Source: a virus
Taxonomy: Duplodnaviria > Caudoviricetes
DNA length: 25,431 bases
Virus record (IMG/VR): IMGVR_UViG_3300025389_000108
Span: 1-25,431 of that record
Direction: 5' to 3' (one strand)
The first letter of the stretch is position 1, and every line of letters begins with the position of its first letter. The translations under genes and the position numbers were made by a program. Under the pieces are notes generated by a model. It had not been told where the DNA came from, did no database searches, and saw only the letters and a program-made list of their open reading frames with translations. This document shows, piece by piece, positions 9,083 through 18,258 of this stretch.

Positions 9083-10054
9083 CTAGTTTTTGTTAAGCAC
9101 TCGGACGTAAGGCTTCTTAACCCTACGGCTACGAAGGTCAATTGTTGCGAAGAATTGACCGTTAGTACCTGAAGCAGGAGCAGTAAGAACTGTACCTACA
9201 ACGTTGTTAGCAAGAGCAGTACCAGTTACAACACCAAGGCTGCTTACAGAAGCAGTAGTGTTAGTTGGAACAGCTAGGTAACCAGCGTTGCTTGAACCGC
9301 TTACAGCAACTGTTGCACCAACAGCTACACCAGAAGCAACGGCAGCCTTAGGGCAAGTACCTTCGATTTGAACAAATCCAAAGTTACCAGCTGGGATGTT
9401 AACTAGAGCAATTCCAGCAAATTCACCAGCCTTAGTACCAACAGTAACAACGTTACCACCTGTACCAGAAAGTGTTGTGTTAACACTTACAGGGTAAGAA
9501 GTTCCAAGACCATCAACCTTAACTAGCAAGCTGATACCAGAAGCAGTTGAGATGTAACGGTTATTGTAGTCCTGCCATACAGTAGCCCAACCACCAGAGA
9601 TGGTAGAAGCAGTACCGTTGTAAGCAAGTGCAAAACGTGAACCGTCTGGACCAATAAGTGTGACGCTTGTGGCATCACCAGATAGGGTTGCATTAGCAAA
9701 TTGAGCACCAGTGTTAGTACCGTCTTCTCCACCAGCTGAGTAACCCTGAGCAGCAAATCCAGCAAGGCTGAATGATGTGGCAGTTGGGCTTACGCTAGTG
9801 AGCAGAGTAAGTGGGCTAATCTGGGCGTTAATTCCAGTTGAAGATTGAGCAGGTACGTAACCTGTAGTTGCTGTAGTGGTGTCCAGGTTAACTGAAACAA
9901 CGCTAATAACATTCTGACGAGCACCTAGGCTAATCTTTGAGAATGTCTCAGCATCTACTACATATTGGACTCCAGGGATCATCTTACGGTGATCCGGGAG
10001 AATAGCTTGTCCAACACCGGCTTGGAGTTGGATTACAAATGAACGTGCAGACAT
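9083..10054 (-). CDS. Virion structural protein, decoration/cement-like
   Basis: 323 aa, Gly/Ser/Thr/Ala-rich. C-terminal AGIALVNIPAGNFGFVQIEG resembles capsid decoration (beta-clip) motifs. Strong GAAAGGT RBS. Confidence 0.55.
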   Translation of the reverse strand: MSARSFVIQLQAGVGQAILPDHRKMIPGVQYVVDAETFSKISLGARQNVISVVSVNLDTTTATTGYVPAQSSTGINAQISPLTLLTSVSPTATSFSLAGFAAQGYSAGGEDGTNTGAQFANATLSGDATSVTLIGPDGSRFALAYNGTASTISGGWATVWQDYNNRYISTASGISLLVKVDGLGTSYPVSVNTTLSGTGGNVVTVGTKAGEFAGIALVNIPAGNFGFVQIEGTCPKAAVASGVAVGATVAVSGSSNAGYLAVPTNTTASVSSLGVVTGTALANNVVGTVLTAPASGTNGQFFATIDLRSRRVKKPYVRVLNKN

Positions 10055-10070
10055 TTTAAGTTTACCTTTC

Positions 10071-10544
10071 TTAGAGCAGTTCTTTTCTTGAACGATACGT
10101 GATTGTGATAATTTTTGGGATTGTCATTGTACCAATTTGAATCATTTCATCAATGGTCACATTGGTAACGACACAGCCCTGGTACACAATCTTGCGCTGA
10201 GTACCGTCAGGCTTATTAATGACCTTGATACAGGTTACTTCACCCTGTGCCAACTGGGCCTTGAAAACATCAAGGAGGTCACTGGCAGTTGTAAATTCTC
10301 CACCAAGCTGAGCCCAGACTTCCGCATTCCATTGTTCCAAGAATGTAATTTCAAGTGCTCCAGCATTTAGAGCAATTGGCAATGCGATTTCAATAGGATA
10401 TGGCGAATCAAGTGGTTGAATCGGTTGTGGTGTGTTTACAGGTTGAGGAGCGCGTTCGTTAATTACCTGTGCGTAAATCAATGGTTGACCATTGTATACG
10501 AACGCTGTATATCCTCCACCTACACGGAAAGTAGACTTTGCCAT
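10071..10544 (-). CDS. Tail tube protein
   Basis: 157 aa directly downstream of the sheath, with AGGAG RBS. Tube-like C-terminus RKIVYQGCVVTNVTIDE...IPKIITITY. Confidence 0.8.
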   Translation of the reverse strand: MAKSTFRVGGGYTAFVYNGQPLIYAQVINERAPQPVNTPQPIQPLDSPYPIEIALPIALNAGALEITFLEQWNAEVWAQLGGEFTTASDLLDVFKAQLAQGEVTCIKVINKPDGTQRKIVYQGCVVTNVTIDEMIQIGTMTIPKIITITYRSRKELL

Positions 10545-10552
10545 TTTTTCTC

Positions 10553-12106
10553 CTAGTAGACTACAAAGTTACTCTGAGCATTCTGAGTAATTACAGTACC
10601 AGTTTGAGTGTTTAGACTCATTGTAACCTGGATGTAGTTAATCGGATATGTCGGAGCATATTGGAATGTGACGTTTACGGTTGTTGGTGTAGCTGGGTTG
10701 AGCGACAATGCCAAGTTTTGATAAGCTTGGATAAGGCCATTGCTCAATTGATTAGTCAATGTTGCTTGTACAGTACCTAGAACGGCTGCAGAAGTCACAT
10801 TGGTAAGTGGGCCACCAATAAGCTTGCTATTAACAAGATCAGATTTTACAGCTTTGGCAAGTTGGTCACTGATAGCATTAATAGAAATTTCTTGAGTTAC
10901 CCACGAAGTAGTGTTTGTGGTTAATCCCTGGTAAACCCAGAAATAACCGTCACGCTTTTGGCGTACAACAGTAACACCATAAGTTAAGTAGTTGGTGGCT
11001 GCATCAACATCACTAATTTGATTAGGAATTGAATTGAAACCATTAACGTTCTTATTAGTAATTGGAGTTGCTACAGTTGGTTGTCCAGTGTAAAGACCAG
11101 CCAAAGCTGCTGCAACGTAGTATCCTGGAATGTTAAAACTTGCAGTGCTCAAACCAGTAGTTGGATTAAAACCAGGGTTGTAATTGATTACTGGTGGGTA
11201 TGAAAGTGTAACGCGTGTGCTGTTGAAACCACTAGCCAATGCTTGCATTTGAGAAGCAGTAACGCCATTAGCAGTACCATCTACACCTACAAAAGCACGT
11301 TGTAGAATTCCGTATTGTTGTTGGTTGTTGAGGTAAGTATTGATTCCACTTGCCACTGTGCTTGCACCATAAGGAATGATTTGACCAGCAGTTGCACCAC
11401 TTGTACTTACAAATGAATAGAGTGGAACGATAACATCGACACCAACAAGGTTCATTAAGTAAGTTGGGTCACTTGTAGTTCCGCTAGTTGCAACAAATAC
11501 ACGTGCCCAGTCATTGTATGCTGCTGGACCAGTTCCTGAAGATGAAATTCTGGCAACTGGCATAACACTTACAGTGCTAGCACCATTTTGGAAAGCAAAT
11601 TGAGCAGCTAGAGTAGCTGGGTTAAGAACAGTTGTACCGCTAACAGCTGCACCAACAACTTGTGAAAGATTGTTAAAACTGTAGTAAGTACCGTAAGCAC
11701 CCCATGCGTGACCATAAGTAATACCAATTGTTCCACTAGGAAGTCCTGTAGAAGCACTGATACCACTTGTAGTTAAGTAACTGTAGGGTCCACCGCTAGG
11801 TGTAGAAATATTAAAGTTAACACCGTAAGTACCAGTAACGGTAGTATTACCGCTTGCCCAAGTTACTGTAAAACCAGAGTAAGAGGCGTAAGCACCAGTT
11901 GATGTGGTGTTAACCATTGGGGTTGTAAGTTGACCAATAACTGTTCCACTTGTTGGTACGGCAACAGTAAATGTGTCAGTAGTAGCACCTGGGGTAGGCT
12001 GGTCAGCAACGATAGCAATGTTGAGATTGTTGTTATTAACAGTAGATAGCGATGTACCCGACTGGGATACATAAACTCCTGGTATAACGTAGTTGGAAAT
12101 AGGCAT
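10553..12106 (-). CDS. Contractile tail sheath protein
   Basis: 517 aa. N-terminal PGVYV and sheath C-terminal core (YVAAALAGL...PITNK, GVTVV, QGLTT, QEISI...D, FQYAPTYPINYIQV). AAGGAG RBS. Confidence 0.9.
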   Translation of the reverse strand: MPISNYVIPGVYVSQSGTSLSTVNNNNLNIAIVADQPTPGATTDTFTVAVPTSGTVIGQLTTPMVNTTSTGAYASYSGFTVTWASGNTTVTGTYGVNFNISTPSGGPYSYLTTSGISASTGLPSGTIGITYGHAWGAYGTYYSFNNLSQVVGAAVSGTTVLNPATLAAQFAFQNGASTVSVMPVARISSSGTGPAAYNDWARVFVATSGTTSDPTYLMNLVGVDVIVPLYSFVSTSGATAGQIIPYGASTVASGINTYLNNQQQYGILQRAFVGVDGTANGVTASQMQALASGFNSTRVTLSYPPVINYNPGFNPTTGLSTASFNIPGYYVAAALAGLYTGQPTVATPITNKNVNGFNSIPNQISDVDAATNYLTYGVTVVRQKRDGYFWVYQGLTTNTTSWVTQEISINAISDQLAKAVKSDLVNSKLIGGPLTNVTSAAVLGTVQATLTNQLSNGLIQAYQNLALSLNPATPTTVNVTFQYAPTYPINYIQVTMSLNTQTGTVITQNAQSNFVVY

Positions 12107-12171
12107 ACATTCTCCTTCACGGTCTTATGCAGAATCTGCGTAGTTTTACAACACTTCTTTTGATAGTTTTA

Positions 12172-12852
12172 TTAAGCGACTGGGTACCAAGGTGTTCCCG
12201 GCTGGTATAAAGAAGAAACAGACGGGTAATATGGAGTTCCAGAAGCAGCAATTGAGGTAATTTGTGGTACGCCATAGTCGTATTTTGTAGCGTAAAAATC
12301 GCCAATACAATTAATGCGAATACTGGCTTCATAAGTTAATTCTTCAGGACTAAATGGTGTTCCTGCACTGATGCTGTCACCTAAGTTGCTATAAGTACTA
12401 GGCAACAAGGTAAGACCAACCAACGAATTATTATAAATGCTGTTGTAGAAAGCGTAACTTCCAGCACTTCCAGGACCCATAAGAATAAGGTTGGAAACGC
12501 TATCCATTAATCGGTCACGTTCTTCAGAGTGCATAGCCATAATTTGTAGATCGATACTGCCTTCAAAATACCCAGACCGGTCTACAATGTCACCAGGATA
12601 AGTGGTTCCACTAATTACAACACCACTTGGAGCAATAGAGTAAGTGTCAGGGTTTAAACCAAACCATTGAACTTTGCTTGCTCGAAATTGCACAAGAATA
12701 GTTGGCCACGCTACTAACTCTTGCGGATACTCAATAGTTATACTATTAGGAGTAAGATCAAGACTTGTATCTGATGGTGTTCCAACATGAATAGCATTAA
12801 ATCCTGCATCCAGTGCTTCTACTATAGCTGTTTTAACTGCTGTAATAAACAT
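12172..12852 (-). CDS. Tail terminator/tail completion protein
   Basis: 226 aa just upstream of the sheath, with SITIEYP...WPTILV and F.GSIDLQIMAM.SEERDRL.D patterns of tail-terminator proteins. Confidence 0.65.
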   Translation of the reverse strand: MFITAVKTAIVEALDAGFNAIHVGTPSDTSLDLTPNSITIEYPQELVAWPTILVQFRASKVQWFGLNPDTYSIAPSGVVISGTTYPGDIVDRSGYFEGSIDLQIMAMHSEERDRLMDSVSNLILMGPGSAGSYAFYNSIYNNSLVGLTLLPSTYSNLGDSISAGTPFSPEELTYEASIRINCIGDFYATKYDYGVPQITSIAASGTPYYPSVSSLYQPGTPWYPVA

Positions 12853-12853
12853 A

Positions 12854-13384
12854 TTAAGCTAACTCTCTGCCGTATATAACCATGCTGACATCATTTTTTA
12901 ATCGTGTGTGGAGCAACATTTCTACAATATTGGTAGATCTTGCATTTCTAGACCATTCATCTACACTCATTTGCAATGAACGTTGAATAAAATTTAAACC
13001 AGTTTTTGCTGGATACATCCACTCTGGTTTCCCATCAGTTATTCTTCCGCTTTTAGCTGATCTATTGATTATCGGAACTTTTCCAATAGTGTCGGCGCTT
13101 GCTCTACGAAAATATAACGTTCCACCAGGACTTCTTACAGGAATAATTTTACCTGCCAATTCTTCCATTGGGTGTTCTTTGATGCCTTGATCCAAATCTA
13201 TCATGTAATCTTTGTTATCTGGAAATTGCATTCCAATAACGCCAATATCCCAATATGGCGTAAGACTTGTAAGACCTTCACCGGTTTTACGTGGTCCAAT
13301 AATTTGAGCAATTTCTACAGCTCTACGAGAAATTTGTTGGGTAACAAATTCCGGGACTGGAACCATATTGTCTAATTCGCTCAT
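12854..13384 (-). CDS. Neck/tail-completion protein (HK97 gp10-like position)
   Basis: 176 aa with PRKTG...SL, ...GIKEH and W.YP..TGLNFIQ. Located between the head-closure and terminator genes. Confidence 0.5.
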   Translation of the reverse strand: MSELDNMVPVPEFVTQQISRRAVEIAQIIGPRKTGEGLTSLTPYWDIGVIGMQFPDNKDYMIDLDQGIKEHPMEELAGKIIPVRSPGGTLYFRRASADTIGKVPIINRSAKSGRITDGKPEWMYPAKTGLNFIQRSLQMSVDEWSRNARSTNIVEMLLHTRLKNDVSMVIYGRELA

Positions 13385-14082
13385 ATTACCGGTACGTTGT
13401 AGTAGGGACTACTTGGGAATACATTTTCCAAAGTACATGTTTGATTTACATATGTTGTTGTGTTGTAACTGATTCCAGGACCAGTACGAATGCTTTGTGG
13501 AGTAACTGCACTAACCTGGAATCGTTCACCAAGTGAAGTTGGTGTTCCTTGATTCCACTGGTTTACACGTACAACAAGGTCACCGGTTCTAATCTCTGGA
13601 TACCAGCTTAATTGGACTTGTGGGTTGTTCTTCCAGAATTGACCTGTAGTGAGGTTAGAACGGATTTGAGGGGTGTCTGCGGCCAACATATAGAGGTGGT
13701 AGCAGACATTCTTAAAACCGCCTGTAAACGTGGTTCCAAAGCAGTCTGGGCAGTAGCTATTACCAGTTTGACGATAAACACTGCTGACACGACTTTGGAC
13801 GCTTGCAGTAGGCTGAGAAGGGTTTGGACTATCCTGGCAAGTTAAACAATAAGTGACTAAACCAAGGGCAGCATCTTCTGCACGCCAAAGTTGACGAACA
13901 ATAATTTCTTCCCCAAACCATTGCAGGGTTTCATCATGGAATCTTTGTTGGTTGGTTTGTGCCCAAATATCTTTCTGTTTTACAACAAGAAGTGGACTTT
14001 CAACTTGATAATTAAGTCCTGTACCCGTACCTGATACTACTGGACCTGGCTGTGGATCGATACCTGACACACTATGCTCCAC
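13381..14082 (-). CDS. Head-closure/neck protein with a Zn-finger-like insert
   Basis: CLTC...CPDCFGTTFTGGF and PEIRTGDLVVR...ERFQV motifs. The likelier start is the GTG at 14070, which has GGAG 6 nt upstream. Confidence 0.65.
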   Translation of the reverse strand: MEHSVSGIDPQPGPVVSGTGTGLNYQVESPLLVVKQKDIWAQTNQQRFHDETLQWFGEEIIVRQLWRAEDAALGLVTYCLTCQDSPNPSQPTASVQSRVSSVYRQTGNSYCPDCFGTTFTGGFKNVCYHLYMLAADTPQIRSNLTTGQFWKNNPQVQLSWYPEIRTGDLVVRVNQWNQGTPTSLGERFQVSAVTPQSIRTGPGISYNTTTYVNQTCTLENVFPSSPYYNVPVI

Positions 14083-14935
14083 CCATGTTTACAGCAGCGT
14101 ACTGGAAGTGAGGACGTGCTGGGTTTGTGAACATGCGTGGAATAAGACCACCAGCAACAAGAAGGCTTCGCTTAGATCCAACCATGTATTGACGTTTCAT
14201 TTGACGAAGCTGCTTATCAGCAACTTCTTTGTCAAATAGGTAAAGTTGCCACCAACGGTTGTAGTAGTCTCTACGGTCCATCCAGGCAGCATTCATACCA
14301 TTTGGAGTAGGTTGTTCGATGTAGTTACGGGCAATGTGTTTTAGAAAGTGAGCATACGTCTGTGTAGCCAATACCCCGTAATAAGTAGTTGGGAATGGCA
14401 CAGTAGCATTCATACCAACTTCATAAGCTGGGCTAAATATAGGTTGGAATTCAAAATTGATATAATCCATGGTTTCGTCTTGCATAACCATAGCTACTTC
14501 TTCATACATCATAAAACCACTTTGTTGTAGTTCTTGCAAGTATGGTCCACCCGATGTACTATCAAAGCTTTTGTCTAATCGGTGAACAATGTTGGTAACC
14601 ATTTGACGAGTTTGAGTATCTAGATTGCTCCAATAAGGCATTTGATCAGTAATAACAAAATTATCTTGATATTTTCTTGGACTTCCGTTAATAGAATAAT
14701 TCCAGATAACAGTGTAATTACCTTGGATTGAAGTCTGGTTTGAGTTCAAAGTATATTGATACGTACCCAAACTTTCATAAGTGGCTTGTCCAGAAGCTAA
14801 AACTACTACTCCATTATCAGAGTTTGTAATACTAAGCCAAACGTATCGATTATCAGGATCTGATAAAGTACCGCTGACATACGTTGTTATACCAACTGGC
14901 TCTGCAGCATATTGTGGTATGGGACGTTGTCTCAT
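14072..14935 (-). CDS. Head-tail adaptor/neck protein with an N-terminal Ig-like domain
   Basis: 287 aa. N-terminal beta domain (L.DPD...GTYQY...GNYTVIWNY) and helical C-terminal part (SFDS..GGPYL, YIEQP, MDRRDYYNRW). First gene of the neck cluster. Confidence 0.65.
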   Translation of the reverse strand: MRQRPIPQYAAEPVGITTYVSGTLSDPDNRYVWLSITNSDNGVVVLASGQATYESLGTYQYTLNSNQTSIQGNYTVIWNYSINGSPRKYQDNFVITDQMPYWSNLDTQTRQMVTNIVHRLDKSFDSTSGGPYLQELQQSGFMMYEEVAMVMQDETMDYINFEFQPIFSPAYEVGMNATVPFPTTYYGVLATQTYAHFLKHIARNYIEQPTPNGMNAAWMDRRDYYNRWWQLYLFDKEVADKQLRQMKRQYMVGSKRSLLVAGGLIPRMFTNPARPHFQYAAVNMGGA

Positions 14936-14938
14936 TAA

Positions 14939-15886
14939 TTAACTACCAATATAAGATAGTGAGAGATATGTTGTTTGCGGACCATTAACTGATCCAGCTA
15001 TAACATAATTAGATCCTGATGCGCTAGTTACTACAAGGTTTAATCCATAGTTAGCACCCAAGTAAAGAATGTCTGAAAATACGATGGTTTCAGGGTAAAT
15101 ACCTGGAGTTCCACTTGCTGCTATGTAGTTGTTTGCACCAATGTAATATCCAGTATTTGTGGCACCACCACTAATGTTAGCATTACTATAAACACCAATT
15201 TGAAGTCCATAAACACCTGCAACTATAGGGTTTGAACCACCACTGGCACTGAGACCAACTGATGCATTAATTTGATAATAACCGGCTGTTGGAACAACAA
15301 GTTTTGTACTAGAACCACTAAAGGCTGCGAGTGTAACACCACCGGTTGTAAAACCATAAGTACCAGTAACAGTAGTACCAACTGCAGTTCCCACTGAACC
15401 ACTTGGTACTAATGTGCCGCTTGAAGCATACATTCTTCCCTTAGGAATACCAGAAATAGTAACTCCACTAAAAGTTGCTACAGCATTATTTGCAATTGTA
15501 AAATTAGTAAAATTGGCTGTTCCACTAACTGCTATACCACCAGTACCACTTAACGACAAAGTACCAGTAGCAGTAAGATTTGATACGTCAAAGTCAGTGG
15601 GTGTAGGACCAGCTACCCATGGAATGTTTGTCCCAGTAATAGCAATTGATCCTTCAGCACCTCTTTGAACAACTTGTGCAACAGTTGAAGTAGTTCCAGG
15701 ACCAATATAAACAATTTCTGGTGCAATAGTAGTACCATAATAGCCAGGGGCTAAAGTAATTGCCATGTATTGGTTAGCTGGAATGGTCAGGTTAGGGAAG
15801 CCAGTACCAGTAATTGTTAACTGACTTGTAGAAACTATACCACTGACAACGCCTGAATAGAAATTAGCACGATAACGATTAGTCAT
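14939..15886 (-). CDS. Virion fibre/appendage protein with a C1q/TNF-like C-terminal domain
   Basis: 315 aa, Gly/Ser/Thr-rich. N-terminal PEIVY...VQRGAEGS anchor-like motif and C-terminal VVPTAGYYQINASV...TYLSLSYIG. Confidence 0.6.
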   Translation of the reverse strand: MTNRYRANFYSGVVSGIVSTSQLTITGTGFPNLTIPANQYMAITLAPGYYGTTIAPEIVYIGPGTTSTVAQVVQRGAEGSIAITGTNIPWVAGPTPTDFDVSNLTATGTLSLSGTGGIAVSGTANFTNFTIANNAVATFSGVTISGIPKGRMYASSGTLVPSGSVGTAVGTTVTGTYGFTTGGVTLAAFSGSSTKLVVPTAGYYQINASVGLSASGGSNPIVAGVYGLQIGVYSNANISGGATNTGYYIGANNYIAASGTPGIYPETIVFSDILYLGANYGLNLVVTSASGSNYVIAGSVNGPQTTYLSLSYIGS

Positions 15887-15891
15887 TTATC

Positions 15892-16383
15892 CTACTTTGC
15901 AGGTGGTGTGTGAATTGATTGAGCATTAATTGCAGAAGTATTAAAGCGTAGGTAGGTCTGTGGCAAACGACCATCCTGATTGACGTGAACGTAACTAGGG
16001 TCGCCCTGCTGACCGTGTGAGATGGTTAGAGGGTTCTTTGCGTTAGCGCCGGTAACGTCAACGATGAGTGCTGTGTGCCAGCCGGTTCCTGGGCCATAAA
16101 CGATTACGTCTCCTGGAAGAACATCTTTGAGGGCAATCTTGCGACCATGTGCAAGCAATGTGCCGGTGTAACCGGTGTGGTTGTAGCTTTGAGCATTTGG
16201 ATCAGGTGCACCAGCCCAGTTGTAGCAGAGGGTGACAAAGGCTGAGCAGTCAGCAGTTACTGGCATTTTTCCTGGGTGTCCAATACCAGACATACGGTTT
16301 GGACCTTCTGAATAGGTGAAATTGGCGTGATTAGTGGCGCACCACTTAGCCCAAGCAACAATATTATCTCTTACGTCGGTCAT
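15892..16383 (-). CDS. NlpC/P60 cysteine peptidase, probable endolysin
   Basis: 163 aa with catalytic Cys (ADCSAFV), GYTGT, and His (PGDVIVYGPGTGWHTAL). AAAGGA RBS. Confidence 0.8.
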   Translation of the reverse strand: MTDVRDNIVAWAKWCATNHANFTYSEGPNRMSGIGHPGKMPVTADCSAFVTLCYNWAGAPDPNAQSYNHTGYTGTLLAHGRKIALKDVLPGDVIVYGPGTGWHTALIVDVTGANAKNPLTISHGQQGDPSYVHVNQDGRLPQTYLRFNTSAINAQSIHTPPAK

Positions 16384-16419
16384 GATTATTCCTTTATATT
16401 CCTATAGACTACGGTAGAT

Positions 16420-18153
16420 TTAGCTGGGTACTACATCTTCCCCAGAGTTATAAAGGGGCTCAGAATAAGGTGCTGTTTGGTTATTTTCTTCAGTTCGTAA
16501 AGCACCTGGTTCATTAGTAGGTTCAGCGTAATCAGCAACTTGGTCATTTTCGGTTGCGTGGTCACCAGCAACATCTACATTGTGCGGTGTAACATAGAAA
16601 TTGACTTCGTTGACTGGCTCTACCTTGGCAGATTCTATAGATCTTACATTTATAACCATACTAATTCCATAACGAACTAAGCTAACAGCTGTAGCAATAG
16701 CTCTTCTAAAATAAGTAATGCTCTTTTTAGTACCAATTTCATAACTAACTGTTGCCGTAGCATATTTTTTGCGATTGTTTGCTTTTGTTACAGTTGCTGA
16801 TACGGATTGCAATACAATGGCAGATTTTTTGTTATTCTTACCACCAGCTCCGTAGCCAATAAATATGGTTATATTTTTGGCAATCTTACGGTATGCATGG
16901 GATTTAATATTGGTGCTAAGGTTGGTGACTAGAGCTTTAACAAAAGTTGAACGTCGTTTATTGACTCTAGCAAGATTTGTTCTATTAGCATTAGCTTTTC
17001 TAGTAAATTTAGATAGTTTGGTGGTTTGGGCAAGATTAACAACTCTAGCAACTGCGTAACGGTAAAATTGATCAATCTTTGAATCAGATACTATGCTAAT
17101 GGCAGTTGCTTTAGCAACTCTAATAAATCTAGATAATTTGCTGGTGACAGTAATATTAATAATTGTTGCTGTTGCTCGTCTTGTAAACTTAGCAGTTTTT
17201 GTAGTTTTAGCTAGTTCTGCCAATATAACTTTAATGTTTTTTCCATAGTTTTTGCTGATCTTGCTCAGCATTACTTGGTTAGCTTTTGCCAATCGTTTAG
17301 CTACTACAAATCTTGTAGCTATAGCAACGTTTAATTGGTTGGCTTTGGCTGCTCTAATAAATTTAGATTTTTTGGTGGTAGTGATTAAATGAGTTATTCT
17401 TGCGGTACCATACCTATGAAAAGCACTGATCTTACCATCAAATGCAATATTAGTAGTCAGCGCTTTAGCAGCTCGTTTGAATCTGCTTAATTGCTTATAA
17501 TTTGCTATATTAATAAATACTGGCTTAATTAAAGCAACACGAGTTTTATTGGATTTAATAAGTAAAACCCTGGTAGCAAAAGCAAAACGAATTCTGTCAA
17601 ATCGTTGTTTACTTGCTACAACACCAACATAGTTAACTATTGCAGTTTTGATCTTTGAACGGATATATCTAGAAACAATTGCTGAGGTTTGCAAAGCAAT
17701 AGCAAATTTGACATGCAAGAAACCATTAGTAGCTCTTGTTAAATTTACAGTTGTAGAAACTGCTTGTTTTGGTCTATTGACACCAGATTTATTGTTAACA
17801 AATATAGTAGCTAAAGCAATAGCGTTCTTAAAGTAATCAATGTGTTGTTGGAACCCATATCCACCTCTCCAACCAAGCTCATAAGCTTCGATGTTGGGTG
17901 AATAATATGCTCTAGTAAAACTACTTTTAGGTCCTGTGTAAGGCGGTGGAATAACCGGACCTTCGCCGCCTCTCCAACCTTCTGGGACTTTATTGTTTTT
18001 GTTTGTGGCAAAATAACCAAATAAGATGGTTTTCTTTTTACTACTATAATCTGGGTGCGGCCCACCCTCACCACCGGTATACCCTTCAATAACTTGATTA
18101 TTGGTTGAACGGTAACCTCTAGAAAGGTTCTTTTTTGGTTTTTTATAGGCCAT
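16420..18153 (-). CDS. Very basic repeat-containing protein of unknown function
   Basis: 577 aa with about eleven 18-20-aa Lys/Arg-rich repeats, three GxxGGxG motifs in the N-terminus and an acidic C-terminal tail. Confidence 0.7.
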   Translation of the reverse strand: MAYKKPKKNLSRGYRSTNNQVIEGYTGGEGGPHPDYSSKKKTILFGYFATNKNNKVPEGWRGGEGPVIPPPYTGPKSSFTRAYYSPNIEAYELGWRGGYGFQQHIDYFKNAIALATIFVNNKSGVNRPKQAVSTTVNLTRATNGFLHVKFAIALQTSAIVSRYIRSKIKTAIVNYVGVVASKQRFDRIRFAFATRVLLIKSNKTRVALIKPVFINIANYKQLSRFKRAAKALTTNIAFDGKISAFHRYGTARITHLITTTKKSKFIRAAKANQLNVAIATRFVVAKRLAKANQVMLSKISKNYGKNIKVILAELAKTTKTAKFTRRATATIINITVTSKLSRFIRVAKATAISIVSDSKIDQFYRYAVARVVNLAQTTKLSKFTRKANANRTNLARVNKRRSTFVKALVTNLSTNIKSHAYRKIAKNITIFIGYGAGGKNNKKSAIVLQSVSATVTKANNRKKYATATVSYEIGTKKSITYFRRAIATAVSLVRYGISMVINVRSIESAKVEPVNEVNFYVTPHNVDVAGDHATENDQVADYAEPTNEPGALRTEENNQTAPYSEPLYNSGEDVVPS

Positions 18154-18258
18154 TATATTGTATTACGCAATCTTTAATGATTAGATCCTCAAAGAACAAG
18201 TTAGAAAGGGATTACTACATACTTCGTTGAGTTATAGAGCGTCTTACATTGTAAAGAT

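Noticed and set aside
1-14935. Extracellular contractile injection system, tailocin or T6SS interpretation
   Set aside because: Head-tail adaptor, head-closure and neck genes, the frameshifted chaperone and phage-type accessory genes indicate a true phage, although capsid, portal and terminase genes are outside the window.
18154-18258. Largest intergenic gap as a tRNA or ncRNA
   Set aside because: No cloverleaf or convincing stable stem was found by eye. It is more likely a promoter region.
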